Shown here piece by piece: positions 59,289 to 64,000 of a stretch of DNA of 64,000 nucleotides. The DNA comes from Deltaproteobacteria bacterium (GTDB lineage: Bacteria; Myxococcota; JACRCW01). Below the pieces are notes generated by a model, which was not told where the DNA came from, searched no databases, and saw only the letters and a list, made by a program, of their open reading frames with translations. Where the stretch lies: positions 1 to 64,000 of the forward strand of contig JACRCW010000035.1 in NCBI GenBank assembly GCA_016218805.1. The letters run 5' to 3'. Position 1 is the stretch's first letter. Each line of letters opens with the position of its first letter. Both the position numbers and the translations under genes were made by a program.

Positions 59289-61052
59289 GTGGAGATCAGC
59301 AACCAGCACCTGTTGGCGTGGGTGGAGGAAGTCCGGCGGCTGTGCAAGCCGGAGCAGGTCGTCATGTGCGACGGGAGCGAGGCGGAGCGGGAGCGGCTGG
59401 TCAAGGAGTGCGTTTCCGCCGGTGAGCTCATTGCACTCAACCAGGACAAGCTGCCGGGCTGCTACCTGCACCGCAGCGCGCCGCATGACGTGGCCCGCAC
59501 GGAGCAACTGACGTTTGTGTGCACGCCCACGCGCGCGGAGACCGGCACACTGGCCAACTGGATGTCCCCGGAGGACGCGCGCACCAAGCTCACCGCGTTG
59601 TACGACGGTGCCATGCGCGGCCGGGTCATGTACGTGATCCCGTTCCTGATGGGCCCGCCGGGCAGCACGTTCAGCAAGGTGGGCGTGGAGATCACGGACA
59701 GCCGCTACGTCGTGTTGAACATGCGCATCATGACGCGTGTGGGCGCGCCGGCGCTCCAGCACCTGGGGGATTCGGGTGATTTCACGCGCTGCCTGCACAG
59801 CCTGGGTGACCTGTCCCCGGAACGCCGCTTCATCTGCCACTTCCCGCAGGACAACACCGTGTGGTCCGTGGGGTCCGGCTACGGCGGCAACGCGCTGCTG
59901 GGCAAGAAGTGCATGGCGCTGCGCATCGCGTCGTACCTGGGGCGCAAGGAGGGCTGGCTGGCGGAGCACATGCTCGTGGTGGGCGTGCAGCGCCCGGATG
60001 GGAAGGTGCGCTACCTCACCGGTGCGTTCCCGTCAGCGTGCGGCAAGACCAACCTGGCCATGCTGGTGCCGCCGCAGAACTTTGCGGGCTGGAAGGTGTG
60101 GACCGTGGGGGATGACATTGCGTGGCTGCGCCCGGGCCCGGACGGGCGCCTGTGGGCGGTCAACCCGGAGGCCGGGTTCTTTGGCGTGGTGCCGGGTACG
60201 TCCTCCAAGACCAATCCCAACGCCATGGAAATGATTCGCCGCAATACCATCTACACCAACGTGGCGCTGCGCCCTGACGGCACCGTATGGTGGGAGGGCC
60301 ACGACGATCCGCCGCCGGAGCGCTGCCTGGACTGGCAGGGCCGCGAGTGGACCCCCGCGTCCAAGGAAAAGGCCGCGCATCCCAACTCGCGCTTTACCGT
60401 GTCCGCCACGCAATGCCGGTCCATCAGTCCCGAGTTTGACAACCCCCGCGGCGTGCCCATTGACGCCATCCTGTTCGGCGCGCGGCGGCGTGACACCATT
60501 CCGCTGGTATTTGAAGCCCGCAATTGGCAGCACGGGACGTTCCTGGGCGCCACGCTGACGTCGGAAACCACGGCCGCCGCCACCGGCGCGGTGGGCGTGC
60601 TGCGGCGTGACCCCATGGCCATGCTCCCGTTCCTGGGTTACGACGTGGGCGACTACTGGCAGAACTGGCTGGACGTGGGCAGCCGGCTCACCCGCCCGCC
60701 GCGCGTGTTCCGCGTGAACTGGTTCCGCACCGGCCCGGACGGCAACTTCCTGTGGCCCGGTTTTGGCGACAACATGCGCGTGCTCAAGTGGGTGATTGAC
60801 CGCTGCGACGACCGGGCCGCCGGCTCTGAGACCTGCATTGGCACCGTGCCCGCGCGCAACGCGCTGGACCGCCAGGGGCTGGACCTCAAGGACGCCGCTC
60901 TGGACGCGCTGCTGCGCGTGGACCCCGTGGAATGGAGCCAGGCCGTCTCCGCCCAGGCGGAGTTCCTGGTCAACGCGGGGGACCGCGTACCGCCCGCCAT
61001 CCGCGCGGAGCACGCCCGGCTGGCCGCCCGCGTCCGCGAAGCCCTGCCGTGA
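59289..61052 (+). CDS. pckG: Phosphoenolpyruvate carboxykinase (GTP)
   Basis: GSGYGGNALLGKKC, WLAEHM, AFPSACGKTNLAM, VGDDIAW, RDPMAMLPF; GGGAGG RBS. Confidence 0.97.
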   Translation: MEISNQHLLAWVEEVRRLCKPEQVVMCDGSEAERERLVKECVSAGELIALNQDKLPGCYLHRSAPHDVARTEQLTFVCTPTRAETGTLANWMSPEDARTKLTALYDGAMRGRVMYVIPFLMGPPGSTFSKVGVEITDSRYVVLNMRIMTRVGAPALQHLGDSGDFTRCLHSLGDLSPERRFICHFPQDNTVWSVGSGYGGNALLGKKCMALRIASYLGRKEGWLAEHMLVVGVQRPDGKVRYLTGAFPSACGKTNLAMLVPPQNFAGWKVWTVGDDIAWLRPGPDGRLWAVNPEAGFFGVVPGTSSKTNPNAMEMIRRNTIYTNVALRPDGTVWWEGHDDPPPERCLDWQGREWTPASKEKAAHPNSRFTVSATQCRSISPEFDNPRGVPIDAILFGARRRDTIPLVFEARNWQHGTFLGATLTSETTAAATGAVGVLRRDPMAMLPFLGYDVGDYWQNWLDVGSRLTRPPRVFRVNWFRTGPDGNFLWPGFGDNMRVLKWVIDRCDDRAAGSETCIGTVPARNALDRQGLDLKDAALDALLRVDPVEWSQAVSAQAEFLVNAGDRVPPAIRAEHARLAARVREALP

Positions 61053-61068
61053 CGCGGCCGGGTCTTCC

Positions 61069-63360
61069 TCAGAACACGAATTCCCCGCCCTGCGCCCGCA
61101 CCGCCGTCACCGCCGCCAGGTTCACAATGTCCTGCACCGGCGCGTTGTTCTGCATCACCGTCACCGGCTTGTTCATGCCCAGCAGCAAGGGACCAATCAC
61201 CTCGGCGCCGCCAAACCGCCACAGGAGCTTGTAGGCAATGTTGGCGGAGGCCAGGCCCGGGAACACCAGCACGTTGGCGTCATCCTTCAGTGAGCAGAAC
61301 GGGTAGCGCGCCTCGCGCTCTTCGCGCACCAGCGCCGCGTCCACCTGCATCTCACCGTCCATCTCCAGGTCCGGCCGCATGGCCCGCGCCAGCTCCGCCG
61401 CCTTGCGCATGCGCTGCGGAATGGGCCCCTCCGCATCCCCAAAATTGGAATAGGACAGAAATGCGACGCGCGGCTTCACGTCGAAATATCGGGCCAATTC
61501 CGCGGTGGCAATGGCAATGTCCGCCAGGTGCTCCGGCGCCGGGTCCGGGTTGACCGTGCAGTCCGCAAAGAACTTGAAATCATTGCGCTGCACGACGATG
61601 TACACGCCGCCCACGCGCCGGCCGGGCCGCGTGCGGATGACCTGCAGCGGCGGCCGGATGGCCTCCGGGTAGCTCTGCACCATGCCGGTGACCAGCCCGT
61701 CCGCGTCACCCATCTCCACCATCATGGAGCCGAAATAGCCGCGCCGCTGCATGCGCGCCATGGCGTATTCGCGCGTGACGCCGCTGCGCTGGCGCGCCTT
61801 CCAGAACGCCTCCGTGTAGCGCACCAGGTCCGGGCTGCTCACCGGGTCCACCACGGGGACGTCCTTGAGCTCATCCGCAATGTGCAGCTCCGTCATGGTC
61901 CGCTTCACGGCGTCACGGTTGCCCAGCAGGATGGGCTTGCACAGCCCTTCCTCCAGCGCAATGCGCGCCGCCTGCAGCACGCGCGGGTGTTCGCCGTCAT
62001 TGAACGCAATGCGCTTGGACACCTTGCGCGCCCGCGTGAACACGGTGGACATGACCTGGTGGCTGCGGGACTGCATCTTCATCAGCCGTTCACGGTACGC
62101 GGGCAGTTCCACCTTCACGCGCGCCACGCCGGACTCCATGGCGGCGCGCGCCACGGCCGGCGCCACCCACAGCAGCACGCGCGAATCAAACGGTTTGGGA
62201 ATGATGTAGTCCGGCCCGAACTTGAAGCGCTCGCCGCCGTACGCGCGCGACACGCTGTCCGGCACGTCCTCGCGCGCCAGGTCCGCCAGCGCGCGGGACG
62301 CGGCCAGCTTCATCTCCTCATTGATGCGCCGCGCACGGGTGTCCAGCGCGCCACGGAAGATGAACGGGAAGCCCAGCACGTTGTTGACCTGGTTGGGATA
62401 GTCACTGCGGCCCGTCGCCACAATCGCGTCCGGCCGCGCTTCGCGCGCTTCCGGGTAGCCAATCTCCGGGTCCGGGTTGGCCAGCGCAAAGATGATGGGC
62501 TTGGGTGCCATCCGCTTGAGCATCTCCGGCGTCACCAGGCCCTTGACGGACGCGCCCAGGAACACGTCCGCGCCTTCCAGCGCCTCCGCCAGCGTGCGCG
62601 CGCGCGTGTCCCGCACGTACGGTTCCTTCCACGCGTTGATCCCGTCAGTGCGGCCCTTGTGCAGCACGCCCTTGGTGTCCACCATCAGGACGTTCTCCAC
62701 CTTCACGCCCAGCCGCACCCAGAAGTTGGTGCACGCCAGCGCGGAGGCACCCGCGCCGGAGGTCACCACGCGCACCTTGGAGATGTCCTTGCCCTGCAGG
62801 TGCACCGCGTTGAGCAGCGCTGCGCCGGAGATGATCGCCGTGCCGTGCTGGTCGTCGTGAAAGACGGGGATTTCCATCTCATCCTGCAGCCGCTTCTCAA
62901 TGACAAAGCACTCCGGCGCCTTGATGTCCTCCAGGTTGATGCCGCCAAAGGTGGGCTCCAGCGCCTTGACCACGGTGCAGAATTTGTCCACCTCCTTGGC
63001 GTCCACGTTCAGGTCAAACACGTCAATGTCCGCAAACTTCTTGAACAGCACGCCCTTGCCTTCCATGACGGGCTTGCCCGCGTACGGGCCAATGTCTCCC
63101 AGGCCCAGCACCGCCGTCCCGTTGGAGATGACCGCCACCAGGTTCCCGCGCGCCGTGTACGTGTAGGAGAGGTCCTTGTCCTTGGCGATCTCCAGGCACG
63201 GCTCGGCGACGCCCGGCGTGTACGCGAGCGACAGGTCCCGCGCAGTGGCGGTGGGCTTGGTGGGAACGACCTCGATTTTCCCGGGGCGCCCCTGGGAGTG
63301 GTATTCCAACGCATCTTCGCGGCGGATCTTGCGGGACATGGGCGTGAACGAGGTGGCCAT
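61069..63360 (-). CDS. maeB: NADP-dependent malic enzyme with PTA-like domain
   Basis: [40 protein letters not shown]-terminal DGEMQVD. Confidence 0.96.
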   Translation of the reverse strand: MATSFTPMSRKIRREDALEYHSQGRPGKIEVVPTKPTATARDLSLAYTPGVAEPCLEIAKDKDLSYTYTARGNLVAVISNGTAVLGLGDIGPYAGKPVMEGKGVLFKKFADIDVFDLNVDAKEVDKFCTVVKALEPTFGGINLEDIKAPECFVIEKRLQDEMEIPVFHDDQHGTAIISGAALLNAVHLQGKDISKVRVVTSGAGASALACTNFWVRLGVKVENVLMVDTKGVLHKGRTDGINAWKEPYVRDTRARTLAEALEGADVFLGASVKGLVTPEMLKRMAPKPIIFALANPDPEIGYPEAREARPDAIVATGRSDYPNQVNNVLGFPFIFRGALDTRARRINEEMKLAASRALADLAREDVPDSVSRAYGGERFKFGPDYIIPKPFDSRVLLWVAPAVARAAMESGVARVKVELPAYRERLMKMQSRSHQVMSTVFTRARKVSKRIAFNDGEHPRVLQAARIALEEGLCKPILLGNRDAVKRTMTELHIADELKDVPVVDPVSSPDLVRYTEAFWKARQRSGVTREYAMARMQRRGYFGSMMVEMGDADGLVTGMVQSYPEAIRPPLQVIRTRPGRRVGGVYIVVQRNDFKFFADCTVNPDPAPEHLADIAIATAELARYFDVKPRVAFLSYSNFGDAEGPIPQRMRKAAELARAMRPDLEMDGEMQVDAALVREEREARYPFCSLKDDANVLVFPGLASANIAYKLLWRFGGAEVIGPLLLGMNKPVTVMQNNAPVQDIVNLAAVTAVRAQGGEFVF

Positions 63361-63493
63361 GCTGCCTCCAGTGGCTCCGTCGTCACCGACGGGGCGCGGA
63401 CGCTGGCACGGCAGCGCGGGGCAGGCAACACCCGCCGCGGCGGTTCAAAGCTCGCGTCCGCCCTCGCGGTTGGCCGGCCAAGCCCGGGGAGGT

Positions 63494-64000
63494 TCACTCC
63501 GCCGGGGCCGCGGCCACGGCGGGGAAGAACTGCTGCTTGGGGCCAATCTCGTGGCCCGCGGGGATGGGCGTGCCCAGGTGGTCCACCCGGAAGACGTCCG
63601 CCGGCAGGCGCAGGGACTCGCGCAGGCGCTCCATGGTGGAGGGGGCAAACGGGTAGAGCATGATCATCAGGTTCTTCAGCACGTAGAAGCACGAATACAG
63701 CGCATTCCGCCGCGCCTCCTCGGGGTGGCGGTCGTCGTGCGGCTTGAACTGCGTGAACAGGCTGTTGATGGTGCGCGCGTAGTTCTCCACCTCAAACAGC
63801 AGCGTGGAGTAGTCCGCGCGGGTCATGCCCCGGGTGTAACGCTCCACCATGCGGATGGTGTCGGTAACCACCTTCTCCAGCAGCACGCCCTCAGGCACGC
63901 GCCCGCCAAACTTGCTGTGCACCGCGGAGATGGGCTTCTCAAACGCGGCATTCATGGGCCCGGCGAGGAACCTGTTGCGCTCGTCGAGCGTGCTCAACTC
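63494..64000 (-). CDS. metG: Methionyl-tRNA synthetase, anticodon-binding domain (5' part outside window)
   Basis: KFGGRVP, helical bundle, LMIMLYPFAP, PAGHEIG...FFP; divergent. Confidence 0.7.
   Translation of the reverse strand, partial: ELSTLDERNRFLAGPMNAAFEKPISAVHSKFGGRVPEGVLLEKVVTDTIRMVERYTRGMTRADYSTLLFEVENYARTINSLFTQFKPHDDRHPEEARRNALYSCFYVLKNLMIMLYPFAPSTMERLRESLRLPADVFRVDHLGTPIPAGHEIGPKQQFFPAVAAAPAE

Noticed and set aside
59289..63360. Convergent pckG and maeB as a novel unit
   Set aside because: Ordinary C3/C4 node enzymes with canonical motifs

Overview
Very GC-rich, gene-dense bacterial DNA, most likely from a Myxococcota member. That is inferred from a MYXO-CTERM-like tail, a DUF4388-J-TPR protein, giant Cys-rich lipoproteins and a type IV pilin. 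About 50 CDS were called. Left half: the end of an asnB/GT4 glycan locus; a CusCBA-type Cu(I)/Ag(I) efflux operon led by a small Cys-rich secreted ORF; yicC and Trm112; a pilin; a CNNM/CorC protein; a radical SAM plus FAD oxidoreductase pair; sbcCD; PepSY-TM and DUF4920; a 1782-aa surface lipoprotein; ribA; glutathione peroxidase; and a Ski2-like helicase. Right half: three GT-C-type membrane glycosyltransferases; a sigma54/IHF-driven beta-propeller lipoprotein; a beta-helix MYXO-CTERM protein; a TetR-controlled Lol-like trans-envelope ABC system; an orphan MoxR operon; an accessory patch (about 54.4-59.1 kb); pckG; maeB; and the 3' end of a divergent metG. I saw no tRNA, rRNA, CRISPR array or transposase. 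Best candidates for undescribed biology: (1) a putative metal-sensing arrest-peptide leader plus a Met-rich CusA insert; (2) the TetR/ABC/LolA-like/beta-barrel export system with two matching operator sites; (3) the TMTC-like protein glycosylation cluster; (4) a switch-like structured intergenic RNA at about 53.16-53.32 kb. All family calls are by-eye motif recognition; no searches were run.
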